From: Psammoneis japonica
Taxonomy: Eukaryota
Direction: 5' to 3'
NCBI GenBank assembly: GCA_008632985.1
Contig: QPGO01000004.1
Span: 434,001-498,000, forward strand
DNA: 64,000 nt
Shown: in pieces, positions 14,201-26,011 of the stretch
How the letters are laid out: each line of letters opens with the position of its first letter
Position numbering within the stretch: position 1 is the stretch's first letter
Made by a program: the position numbers and the translations under genes
Notes under the pieces: generated by a model
Database searches by the model: none
What the model saw: the letters and a program-made list of their open reading frames with translations, nothing else
What the model was told of the DNA's origin: nothing

Positions 14201-14300
14201 AAATTAGAACAGCCCTGTGTTGGACCGCATGTGATGACAACGGCACACACTGATGGCACAGTGCAGATCAAACGCGGTGACGAACAATGCCGTTTAACGA
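11218..14300 (+). pseudogene. pol: Gypsy pol (protease, RT, RNase H, integrase), disrupted
   Basis: Protease LLDSGTS; RT RLPMG and TCVDD; RNase H DASNSQLG, AFYSRKL, TDHKNL; integrase HLLHPG...CETC, DRGSEF, NAIVER. Frame break at ~12030-12065 and stops after 14096. Confidence 0.93.
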
Positions 14301-14330
14301 CTGACTCTAATGTGCAATTAGGGAGGCGAG

Positions 14331-14709
14331 TGCAACATGCGTTGTCATGCGCGCATTGCACATGTGTGTCTGCATGTCAAACAAAATCATGTTCCAATCA
14401 CACGTCAATCGTGGGTTCGCACGAAGTGCAGATCGATCACACAGAAGTGATCGGATGTCAAGAATCGCAAATGCGACAGTGCGATGATGTTGACATCTCA
14501 TGTGTCAACATCAATCGCATCCGGACAATCTGTTGTCACGATCACATTCTCCGAAAGGCCTTTTGTCTGCAGGAGCAGTGCAAAAGGTTTAGGCCATTGA
14601 GAACCCATTCGGAGAAACCCAAAATGATTGCGCAGAAATGATTCTCACAATTTTCACTTTTCGAACTTTGTTCTGCTTTCGTTTGCACTCGTTCTTTGAG
14701 CATGGTGCA
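14331..14709 (+). repeat. Gypsy 3' LTR
   Basis: Direct repeat of 9586-9964, preceded by the PPT and followed by TSD CCTG. Confidence 0.93.
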
Positions 14710-16149
14710 CCTGAACCTGCTAGCAGCAATGTGAATGACAACAATGGCAAGCACACTGGGATAAAAAAATCATTTCATCATGAGTGTCCCATTGTCCCAT
14801 TTCAAGCAGAAACATTGGCAGAGCAAGGACATTGTCCACTTTACAAAGCAACATGACATTGTCATCTCATCTGCTGCAAAGCATTGGATGGAATCTTCAA
14901 CAACACCAGTGACCCCAACTCCAGGCACAGGCTGGGGTGTCAAATGTTGAGTGTTGCTTTTGATGAACCTGCTGCCATGGCTGCTGCCATGTGAGCAGCA
15001 AGCGGTGCACTGGCCATGGACAACATTCCGGCTGGACCAACTCTTGAGTTTTTGTTTTGTGATGAAGCACCAGGCAACAAGAGCAACCTTGTCCCTGCAG
15101 ATCACATTGATTTCCCCCCACCATCTGTGTGACCCATGGACCTGGGTGATGAAACAGGCGATGATGATCATGACAACAAAGATGAAGTGTCAGATGACCA
15201 ACAATCTGCAGAACCTTGAGGTTGAGCACAACAGCAGCAGCATTCTCTGTTCTCCACCCGCCTTTGACTGACAGTCTGTCTTTTTTGCTGCAACATTGAA
15301 CAAGCTGTTTTGCACCTCACCACACAATGGCCAACTTCATTGAAATTCACATGTTTGTGAAAATCTCTTCAAAGTCATGCATTGGCTCTGTCATCCTCTC
15401 TGGCTTTCATGCAGATTGATCCACCCCTCATCCATCCCCACATGGCACAGGTCACATCTGCTGACATTTCTCTGTTGTTTTGAGTTTGGTTGGGCCACCT
15501 TTCCCATTTTCACAATGAGGAGACAAGGCTCCACACTGGCTGCTGTTGTGGGATGCCTGATCAATGGCGCGCGCCATTGGCTTCATGTGCCAAGTCAGAA
15601 AAAGAAATTCATTTTCCATCCACTCTGACATGGGCAGTGCTGCAGTCAAGAGCACATGTGCCTGGTTGAGCAAGTCACTCAAATGACTCAGGCAAGTCCC
15701 CATGTGGACTGCTCCATCATGACAAAATGATCCGGCACACAAACAAACCATGGTTTTTGCCTGCTGAAAAATTGCCATGGGTTGCAACACATGATTTGCA
15801 GTTGGAATGCATGCAACATTGGCGCTCTCTTTCAGATTGCACCAAAAGTCCAGCAAACCTCTCCATCTCAAAGAAGTGCTGCAGACTGCAGAAAGTGCCC
15901 ACATGTGTGCCATCAGCCCTGCCATGGCACCCACTGCCAACAACAGCCAGACTTCCACATGGCTTGTCATCCATGATGCAGCACAAGTCTTTGTCTCCAT
16001 CTGCCAAGTCTTTTGCCTGGCTTCAAAGGTTTTAAGTGGTTTCCTGCCACTTTTCTGCTTGTCCATCAACTCATCATGCAGCAACCAGTCCTCGCACAAT
16101 GTGCCCAGCATCATGGATTCACTCACATTTGAGATGCCAGCTTTGGTGG

Positions 16150-17200
16150 AATCTGTCATTTTTCCTTGTTCATGCTGCTGGCAAGCTTTCAGGTGAGCTT
16201 TGCAGATCCAAACCTTTCCATCTCTGTGTTCCTTGGTGTGTGGACAACTGGCACACTCAACCTTGGATTGCCCCTGCTGCCAAAATGAACTTGACATTTC
16301 TTGGAAGTCTTGTTGGCCTTCTTTCCTTTTGAAACCTCTGGTTTGCAGTCTCTGGCTTTGGTGTTCTTCTGTGTTAACTCCAGAAGCTTCTCTGTGGCAA
16401 CATTTGAGGAGGAGTTGTCCTTGCCAAGAGAGCTGGTGCCAGTTTGGTGCTGAAACAAAGGAGGTGCCTGCAATGAAGGGGTGGCAGAACCTGTTCATCA
16501 CCAACCATTTCTTCTCCTTTTTTTGACCTTCACCACAATGGGTTTGTCTGGCTCCCATTGTTTGTTGCTTTGAGTGAATGCCACCCATTGCCTTCAAAAG
16601 TGGCGCAGCTTCCTTGCAATGCTCTGCAGTTTTTGGATGTGTGCAGGTGGTGCCAGCTTGAGGAATGTGGTCACAAATGGCTTGTTTTTTGTTTTTTGTC
16701 AAATGGAACAGTCAATGACTGAACAGATTTTGGAAGCATCATCAACTCCAAAGCAATGCTGACACATGGGTCAGGGAAAGAAAGACCAGCTGTTGCCAAC
16801 AACTGAGTGCTGCACAGCAGCTGACAAAGAAGTGCTGCCAGTGGTGCACTGTTTTTTGCTTTGAAATGGCACCAAGGAAAACAATGAAGACCCCACATTG
16901 GAAAGGGTTGGCAGGTCATGTTCACAATCAGTGAATCTGCCACAGCCTCATTTTTTTTAGTCCAACTTGTCCATTGTTGTGCTTTCTCATGAGAGCAAGG
17001 CTTTGTCATCAGCAATGCTGCCACCCACAAAATTGTGAGCAACTTGCAGCTTTGTTTTTTCTGTGCAGTTGGATTGTTGGCAGCCAGCCAGGGGCTTTTT
17101 TGCAATTGAAGACATCTTGGCAAGGAGTGGACAGATTGTCCAAAAACAGCCATTGTTGCTTTTGAATCTTGACAACAGTTGTTGATTGGACAACAAGAAA
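16150..17200 (-). mobile_element. Possible degenerate piggyBac/IS4-like DNA transposase relic
   Basis: Weak fragments (AVADSLIVNM, PKTAEHCKEA..GGIHS, KKW..NRF, Cys-rich CASC...WICKAH..C tail) suggest a piggyBac-like transposase; not verifiable by eye. Confidence 0.25.
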
Positions 17201-20200
17201 AAATTCAAATTTTGCTTGATTTGATCTCAACCAGATCACAAACTCAATTTTTGCAATGCTTCCTTGTTGTTGTCAACTTCAAAGACAACACAGTGAGCAC
17301 AAACAGAGTGCACAGCACAGCAACACACCTGGCAAAGCTTTGGTGTTTTTCACACTCTGCAAGCAAAGACTGTTTCACACTCATCTGCCACAACAGCAGT
17401 CTGAGCTTGGCACAGCTGCCAGGGCTCAACACAAATGCCGCTGCAAACCCAAGTCAAGCACACACAACCCAAACATGTTGTCACTTCAGGGCACTGACAA
17501 GGCCAAACCATCTTTGCTTGCATTGGCAGTTGATGTGGCTGACTCAGAGAGCTGAGTTTGTGACATGCACAAGGCACTCCATGCTGTGTGGCCAAAGGAG
17601 AACAACAGATTGGCTCCAAAGGCATGCTCGGTGCTGCTGGCAAGCTGGCACTGCATCACGGGCAGGCTGGCAAGCAACATTGCAGACAAACAAGCCAAGA
17701 CAAAGCAATGAAGACTGAATCTCATTTTGTGTCACCACAATGCATGGTGGGAGAACCAGCGCAAGAAAAAATGGGCATTGACCACGACAATTTGTTTTTC
17801 AGCCATGCAAATCCATCTCGCTGCATGTCACATGGGGAGGGGCAGTTGTTGCTGCCAGAAAAGGTCTTAAAAAAGCTGATGCAAGGGGAAAAAACTCAGT
17901 GTTCAAAGAAATGGGTTGGTTTTGGCACATCATGAAAACACTTGCTGGCAACTTTGACAAAAGCGTGCTGGGTTTTGACCCTTTGGACAATTGTGGGGTG
18001 CACCAAAGATGATGCGGTGGGCTCCAGGAAAGCTGGAGTTGACAACCAGATTCAGACATTGAAAGCATTTAAAACAAAAGGAGCTGTTCTTGCTTGTGTG
18101 TTGCCTTCTCCACTTTGCAGCAGAGCTGGGAGAACACAGAATTTGGGTGCAACAAGAAGATGGGAAAGAAGTGCACCACATCAAAGGCGTGCTTTTCTCA
18201 AAAGCAACAGACAGATGTTGCACAAGTGGTGCAATGTGTGTGCACCAAAGCTCTGTTGAAATGCAGCAACCCTTTCAACACTTTGTTGCTTGGCATGTCT
18301 TTGGAGAAAGCAATCACTGGCAAATCCAAGCTGGCAGATTTTGCCCAGAATTGACTCAACCACAAGCACTCAATTAAGAGGCTTGCCTCAATCCAGCCAG
18401 GTGCAATGCTTGTTGGGGAAAAATGTCATGCCATTGCTGCAGAGGTTGCACAAAACAATGCTGGGTTGTTTGTTGGAGCTGCCAATTGGAAAAGCACCTG
18501 CCACGACAGCCACCAAATGCAGCGCCAAATCCAGTGGCAGGAAACTTCAGCCCACAAAGGACCAAGTCAAGCATGAAGAGTCATGTGCAGCAGAGCAAAA
18601 CAAGCCATGTGGGGTGACTGAAGAAAAAAGGATGACCGCACACACCCCTTTGTGCCAAAAAATGTGACACAACTCAAGCTTCATCACAAGACTTTGAGAG
18701 GTGGACATGTGTCTTCTTGACAGTTGCCCAGCTGACACAGCAGCACCAGCATTGAAAAAAAACTTCATGAGCTGTGACTTGCTCTCATTGGATGACCCAA
18801 TGACAGCACCAAATCTTTTGCTTCACCTGCATCTCTTTCTTTTGAAACATTTGACAAAAGCTTCAGAGCAGAGCAGAAAACGCAATGCTGAAATGACCTT
18901 GGGCAACCTTGCTGCCAACTCTCATGGGCATTCATCCAAAAATTCCCCCTCAACACAATTGCACAATTCTCAATCAGTCAATGCAAGAGTCATGTTGTGC
19001 CAGCCAGTTTTTGGTGGAACAAAAACAAAGCAGGTGGCATCCTCCACATTGTTGGGAAAAGAGGGGTCAAGTGGTGAAATCATCAACAGAAGAGTGAGTG
19101 CAGTGGAAAGAATCTGCTGCACCTTGATGACTCTGATTTCTGGCTCCATTTCATCACCTGCAAAAAATGACAAAAGAAAATCATTTGTTTCCTTCTTGCA
19201 CAGTGCACAAAAGAAAAATGCAGCAGATGTGTGTTGGGAAAAATTCAGGCCGAACATGTGCAGTGGAGTGGGTTGGCTCCAGCCCAACACAACCAGCACA
19301 CTTTGCTTTCATGCATCTCCAAAGCAGCAGAGCAGGACAAAGACTTGTGCACACGACAGTCACTCTCCTTGGTGCATCTGGCCCAAGACAAAAAAGCCTC
19401 GTGCAAACTGTGAGAAAGACGACACATCTTCATGACAACCAGCCATTCCTTTTGCTTGCTGCCAGGCTGTTTTTGGGCTTTTTTGCACATTGCATTTTTT
19501 TGTTGCCTCTTTTTCTCTTCCTCAGATTGCACAGCATCAACAAAAAATTGGGAGATGGCTGTTCTTTGTCAGATTTTGCTCCCACAAAATGCACAGTGAT
19601 GGAAGAAGAATGGACACTGTGTTTGCTTGACCATGTGCATTTCTCACCTGGGATGAGACAACACATTGGGGCAGTGCAGGTGATGGGAGCAGGCAGGTGA
19701 CTTCTCACATGCTCGCGCACAAGGCAGAGCTTGAGCGGGAGAGATGAGCACCGGCCAGGAGCAACTGTGCCAGAGCCAGCAAATGTGTGTGCCCTTTCTT
19801 TGCTTTTTTTGCCCCCCTGACTCACACAAGTGCTGGTGTGTGTGTGTGTGTGTGCACGTGCATGACGACACGCTTGCCCCCCCTTCTCTCCCAAGGGGGG
19901 CGGTCCTGCCTCAGGACAAACAAAAAATTTTCTGTTCAGCCAGCAACTCTCCACATGGCTGACCACTCCAGGTTTTCTTTTCACAAAGTCTGTGGCAGGA
20001 GCTTGTGACACATGTGCAGGCAGGGGGGCGGCTCTGCAAAGAAAAGCCTTTTTGCCAAACAGAGCGGCAGGTGCCTCCTCAGCACACCTCTTGACATTTT
20101 GCTTTGGGGGGCAGCCTGCAGTTTCTTCAGCAGCACAACAACTTTTTCCATCACCTCACATCCACTTCTCAACCTTGAGCCAACCCTCCAGGCCCATGGC

Positions 20201-20545
20201 CTTTTTGACATCCATGCTTTGAGTCACCACAGACCCAAAGCCAGTCTCACAGAAGAGAACAACTCGTCGCAGCCTAGCCACGCAAACCACGCAGCGAGCA
20301 GGCAGGCCAGACAGCGCCAGACAACGTCGGTCGGGCCGCGGGCGGTCGTGAGTCGTGACGCACGCACGAATTCTCGGGCCGTTGCGACGCGATTGGATGA
20401 TTGATTGATGAAGAGTGAATCTCAGCAATTCTGTTGTTACACCGCAGAACGACGCGAATCTCTGAATGCGGAAGAAAGCTAATCAATTGGTTCATTAGAA
20501 CGGGGGCAAGTAATTAAAAAAAAGTTATCAGAAAAAAAAAGTAAG

Positions 20546-23296
20546 ATGGTGAAGAATCGCAACTGGGAAACTCGCACCGAGATTGCTGAAGCACGACGCG
20601 TGGCAACAAGGCAACGCAAGCAACGACGAGAGAACAAAAAAGGTGCAAAGAGTATGGTGTATGATCTTTTCAACATGATGGATCGACATTGCGGGGCTTT
20701 ACAGCGTCGATCAGCAGAAGGGGTCTCTACAACGATTCATATCTGGACAGACACTGAACATTCCGATGGACCTTCTTTGGAGGAGATTCTACTGTATCAG
20801 CGATATGCCACTGAAGAAAAGAAGTTAAAGCAACGTCGGCGCTCCTCTTCTTTTAATGAGGCGTCTCCAAAAAGTAGAAAGGGGAGGACAAGACGTTCTT
20901 GTTCCTTTAGCGAGAGTGGTTCAGGAAAGAAAACGACACGAAAAAACAGTATGGACGAAGAAGAAGTTGACGCACCGCGACTGTGTCGGGATCAGTTTTT
21001 TAACGGAGAATGCAAGAATTTTCAGCGTAAGAATGGCTGTTGCAACCATGTTCATTACGGAACAGACCTTTGTCCATCACTCGCAAGCGTTTTACAGAGC
21101 GATGAATCTCTAACTATGTCTCTGGACGCTGCAGTCGCTGGTGAATCGTTGATTGACACTGCTGTAGACCCCGAGGAAGGTGGAATGGAGATGGTGTATT
21201 ACTTTTCAATCGAACTTTTTGACAAGGGTGATAATGATCAATCGATTAGCGTCAGTGAAGCAATATCAAAGGCTCTTTTCGGAAAGTCATGCGGTCTCGG
21301 TAGCATGGTCTATGTGGCTATCGGCAAAGTTTTGGTATTTGACAGAAATAGAGACGGCCTCATCATGTCAGATAACGGGTTTGCTGTGGCTGTCCTAGGT
21401 GACAAATCGCGCCGCTTAAGGTCGGTGTCCGTAGAAAGTCATGGTGCAGAAAACCAAACGTGCAGTGAAGACGCTAGTGAGAATGACAATGACGAGTGTT
21501 ACGAACTTCAGCTTCTTCCTGGTCCCCTGTTGGAGTATATTCTGACTTTTCTACCAGTCCCTAGTGTACGTGTCATGACTGAGGTTTGTCGAGTCTGGAG
21601 TCGAGAGATTGGTACGAATTCGCCTTCCTTGTGGAAGCACCTGTTACAACGTCGAAAATTCCCGTCGCCCGACGAATCCACAATGTCAGAGGAAAACGCG
21701 AGAGACGCTTACCGAAACGAATATATTAAACACCACGGGGTGATGAGAAACGTCAAAGCGATTGGAACTGCTACCGCTGCACTCACTTCATTGCCAGGTA
21801 GACCAGCGATAAGCAAAGAATTTGTAATGCAATCCTTCTCTTCACGCCGGGGTGCCCCACAAGAGCCAAACTGTTGCGTTGGTATAAAAATTTGGTCCCC
21901 ACACCGAGTTCTCGTGGCTTACGATTTCGACTGCACCTTACGCCTCTTTGAAACAGTGGCAAAACCAGTCAGTGAAGACAATGACAGCAGCCCCCGGTCA
22001 TGCAAAGAAGTGTTGTGTCTTCGTGTGGCCAACAACTCTAGACGAAAAACCTGGACCTTGTTTGCCTTCGACTTTGACGACGATATGATTGGTTGTCTCT
22101 GTAGGGCAAGTACAGAAGAAAAGGATTCGTCCTTCTTGATCGTAATTGGCAGGGAGGATTTCCTTTGCGCAAACGGCCACGTCGAAGAAGGGACTGCACA
22201 CGTAATCAATCTTGGCGAAGCCCTTCTCAACTATATTCTCAGTTCCGACGTCGTCGACCATTCCACGCTCCGCCTCCTAGATTATATTGGAGAGCACGGT
22301 TTGGCATCTTTGGATGTGAATGCCTCTACAGCTGTTACGGCATGCGGATACGGCCGTTTATGGTGGAGATGTCCATATCGGTGGATGGGGACGACTTGTT
22401 GGTTCTGGATCGAAAGCTCGTTCTTGTATCAGCTGCAGCCGGAGCCATTGTTTGGATGGGAAGCACATACGATGCTCAGGTTGACGAACTGTCATTACTT
22501 GATATGACTCTGAGTCATGCACAATTCTGTTTGACAAGGGGCCGTCTCACAACCTGTACACTTGTTGCTGCGTCAAGGGATTTCGAGGAAGTTGTGTTGG
22601 TGGACGTGGACTCGCAGGCCATGTAAGCCAGAGACGTGTCTCAGACGCGATATCTGAAGCAGCAACAGGTTTCTTGTTGACGACTGGGACACCGCGTACG
22701 TAGTGCCATGTCCACGTACCCTTACTCCCACCGACATTGTGCATGTTAAAAATTTGTGGCGAGAGAGGGGGGGCAAGATAGAGCGAAAGGCTCTCTTGAT
22801 GTTCTACCCTTATGCAGCTGCTACCTCGGAGGTGTCGGGTATAACATTTGAACTAGAAGGCATGACCCACGCTGCCCGGATGGAATCTTTTGGAGACGAA
22901 CACGTCGTAGTCCTTGTCTGTGTCTCGGAAGTTGCACACGACGGTGATTTTGAATTTCGACAAGAGTCAATGAACGCGGTTGTCGTACATGTACCGACCC
23001 GACAAGTGCTAGGTCGCATTCGCCTCTATAGGAATGTTGATTGGTATATTCCCCAAAACCCCGAGATTCACACACCCCTCTTTCTTGATGTCGCTGGCGA
23101 TACGATTGGAGTAGGGTATGCTTGGAAGGGGGTGGTGATGACTGGCGAAACGATCAGGTCTGTTGGCTACGAAAACCAGCTCGGATGTGGGAGGGAGAGT
23201 AACAGCGCCAAGAAAAAGAAGAAGAAAAAAGGCAAAGGCAACAAAAGGGGTAACAAGAAGGATGCGTTTGTTCGAGGAATCAGCCTTTCTGGTTGA
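20546..23296 (+). CDS. F-box protein with CCCH-like zinc finger (paralogue A); split by apparent frameshifts near 22360 and 22620-22700
   Basis: LCRDQFFNGEC...CCNHVH; F-box LPGPLLEYILTFLP...VCRVW...LWKHL; basic C-terminus KKDAFVRGISLSG. ORFs 20546-22507, 22165-22626 and 22703-23296 are colinear with the paralogue. Confidence 0.75.
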
Positions 23297-23367
23297 AATC
23301 GGGTCTAGAATGGTTTTTGTTGCAAAGCTGTAACAACTATGTAAGAAGTGAAATGTACCACTCAGAT

Positions 23368-24183
23368 TCAACTGCAAGGCCCTGCTCGTCCCACCTTTCT
23401 GCCGCATTCACAGTAATGAACCGTCGTTTTACATCCAGGAATGCAAAAGGGGAGCCAAAATATCGGCCAAAACACAAGCAAAAGCACAATGGAAGAAATT
23501 ACAGTGCAGGCGTCCGGAATAGATCGAGTCCGAGTGACAATATGACGTTGACAATGAGGACAGTGATATCCCGTTGGTGCACTGAACACAGAGAAGGAGG
23601 TTGAGCATATTTTTTAACACAGAATTACAGCGTAGGTCGTTTCTTCATACAACACAAAATCACAGTGCAGTGCATTATATTCTTACCTTCCAAAACGAGG
23701 AGGTGGCTGATTCGGCGGCGGAGCGCTAGAAGTTGGTGGTGGAGCCGCGTTGGGCGTTGATTGTGTCGTTGTCGTGTGACTTTTGGACGGTGGTGGGTTA
23801 CACTCGTACGGCGCACTACCCGATACCATTGTAGCTTCTGGACTCGGAATGTCTGGGTTGTATGCAGGAGGATTCTCACCTGCTCCGCCACCAATGATGA
23901 TTTCAGGGTCGTCGTCCACCACTACGGCATCGAATACTAGCGGAGGATCGCCCGCATTGTCATCTAGAGTAAGTACAAAGAAAAGTGAGGATTGTGAGAT
24001 GAGCAATGTTGAATCCGGTACTGGCGTTGAACGGACAAATCAGAAGGAATCGCGCACAAGAAAAAAGTTGCAGCAGAAACATGCCTACAACTTCTCTGAA
24101 ACATCATCTTCAGCTACTGGTAAGGAGCTAACGACTGTTCTCCCTGCGAATGATACAATCATTTTCATACCTTTGACTGTCAT
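23368..24183 (-). CDS. LITAF-domain protein (Pro-rich N-terminus, multi-exon; start uncertain)
   Basis: CPHC - hydrophobic helix - HYCECG LITAF signature in 23368-23589; PPAY and APY Pro-rich exon upstream. Confidence 0.85.
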
Positions 24184-24572
24184 TGGTCTGAATACGACGG
24201 TGGAAAATATGAAACAGAAACGTCAACAACAACCAGTGATTGCCGAGTTCAGTTGTTGCGTTTTGCTGTCGAAGTTTGTGATCGCGAGCGGGGGACAAAA
24301 AAAGAGCGAAGAATTGACTCTATCTATCTGTTCTAAGGAAATGAGGGATTTAATTTGGGTAGCGCGAAAAATATAATTATTGAAACATCAACATACTGGA
24401 ATACCTGTATTGACTTTGTGTTTGTTTGGCTGTATCGTGGGGGCTCGACCTGATCGTGGGAAAAATCGCCGCCCAAGTGCCAACCACCTCATCAACACCA
24501 TGGTCACTCTGCCGACGATAGGATTTGCTACCGGTACTAGAGTTATTGAAGTGACCCTATTGATTTGTAACC

Positions 24573-25933
24573 ATGGCGGGGAATGAGGAGCCGTCAGCCG
24601 ACGTATCTAACGCTGTAGAGGAGCAGCCAGATGAGGAAAGTCGATCGTCGACAGCACCACCACCTGCTGCTGCATCGACCTCCCCAAAGACTTCGATTCA
24701 GCAATTGAAGAAACTAAACGATGCCAACCAAAAGTACAAATCGCTGCTCAAATTAGCCAAGTCTCGCATTCAGACGCAAGAAGAGGAATTGGAACAGTTA
24801 CGTGCAGAAACGAAACGACTCGAAGGTCTAGTCTCAAATGCAAACAACAACAATAACTCGGCAGACACACAGTCATTGTTGGAAGCCGAGTTGGAGAGTT
24901 CCTCTTCCAACGTCGTGAGGGTGGTACAATGTCTGGAGGATGAAGAGGACGGAGTCGTGTGGGCCTTGATCGAGTATGATGCTTCTAATCCTGAAATGAC
25001 CATGGAAGGCAGCATTACGCCTCTCAGAATCGACACTACAAAAAGTGGAAGAAATTCAAGTCGGGCTTTGCTCTGGAGGATTATTTGAGAAGAGATACGG
25101 GAGAACCTATTGTCGTACCACCATACTCATTGACGTCATCTCAGTCGGCTGCGATTCAGGTTGAGGCGAAAAAGTCAGTGTCAGCAATTACAGAAGAGTT
25201 TAGGCGCTTTCGAGTCAAGTCCGAGATTGCAAAAAAGCAGGCGGATGCTCAAATCAAGGAGTTGCACGCACAATCGATTGAAAGCACGCAGCGGCGTATC
25301 GATGGAGGACCACAACGACAACAACAACAGCAACAGTCCCGACAGACAATGCAGCGACCCAACAATGATCAGCAGAAGCACTTGGAACGAATGCAACGAG
25401 AACTGGAGGATCAGGAGTCACGATGGAAAGAGGCGTACAATGTGCTGTTGGCCGAGAATAAGGCTCTGAAATCATCCAAAAGCGAAGCACTGTTGGCCGC
25501 TCAGTGGCGTCAGCGATACGAAACAGCCTTGGAAGAAAAGCAAAAGGCAGAAGCATGCTTGGCACTGGAGCTCGAGCGTTCTGCCGAAATGGAAAAGTCG
25601 GCGGATTCCACAAAGTACCAAGCAAAATACCGGGATTTGAAGGCATCCTTCAAGCTGTACCGACACAAGGCAAAGGAGATTTTTGAAGCGCAACAACGTG
25701 GAGACGTGTCTACGCCGCAGCTACTACAGCTGTCCAAGGATGCAAGTGACGATGCGAAATTGGACTATCTCAAGAATTTGATGGTCCAATATTTGACAGC
25801 GTCCGATGCGGACGTGAAAGAACCAATGGAACGAGCGATAGGGACGGTTCTCAAGTTTTCACCAGAAGAGTTGGAACGAATTCAACAGCGTAGAGAACAA
25901 GAGGAAGGCTGGTTTGGGATATCAGTCGGCTAA
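24573..25933 (+). CDS. Coiled-coil GRIP-domain (golgin-like) protein; apparent frameshift near 25030
   Basis: Long coiled coils and C-terminal LDYLKNLMVQYL...AIGTVLKFSPEE GRIP motif. Confidence 0.85.
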
Positions 25934-26011
25934 AAGAGATTAACAGCAATTACCATTATAGATTAGTGTGAGAAGCTACATAGGTTTATGCTCTCAGATA
26001 AAATGGGAGCT

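Larger units (their letters stand above)
9586..14709 (+). mobile_element. Full-length Ty3/Gypsy LTR retrotransposon (5124 bp), inactivated
   Basis: 379-bp TG...CA LTRs (9586-9964, 14331-14709), 4-bp TSD CCTG (9582-9585, 14710-14713), purine-rich PPT AGGGAGGCGAG before the 3' LTR, and domain order gag-PR-RT-RH-INT. Confidence 0.95.
6260..20270. repeat. Transposon/relic block 1, strongly TpA-depleted (older parts also CpG-depleted)
   Basis: TA is nearly absent and TG/CA is in excess. Dense overlapping Cys/His-rich, Tyr-free ORFs occur in all six frames. Contains a recognisable Gypsy element. Boundaries are approximate. Confidence 0.85.

Noticed and set aside
9586..14709. ADAR-type RNA editing or RT error before integration
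   Set aside because: Both A->G and T->C occur on the same strand, the two LTRs differ from each other, and a DNA-transposon MITE is also affected.
9582..14713. Shared CCTG in the Gypsy (CCTG) and Copia (TCCTG) TSDs as a common target preference
   Set aside because: Only two cases, with unrelated integrases, in TG-rich DNA; this can be chance.
6114..20400. Dozens of overlapping Cys/His-rich ORFs as novel metal-binding proteins
   Set aside because: They arise from loss of TAA/TAG stops and TG/CA excess, occur in all six frames and lack Tyr. The same applies to 35900-51300.
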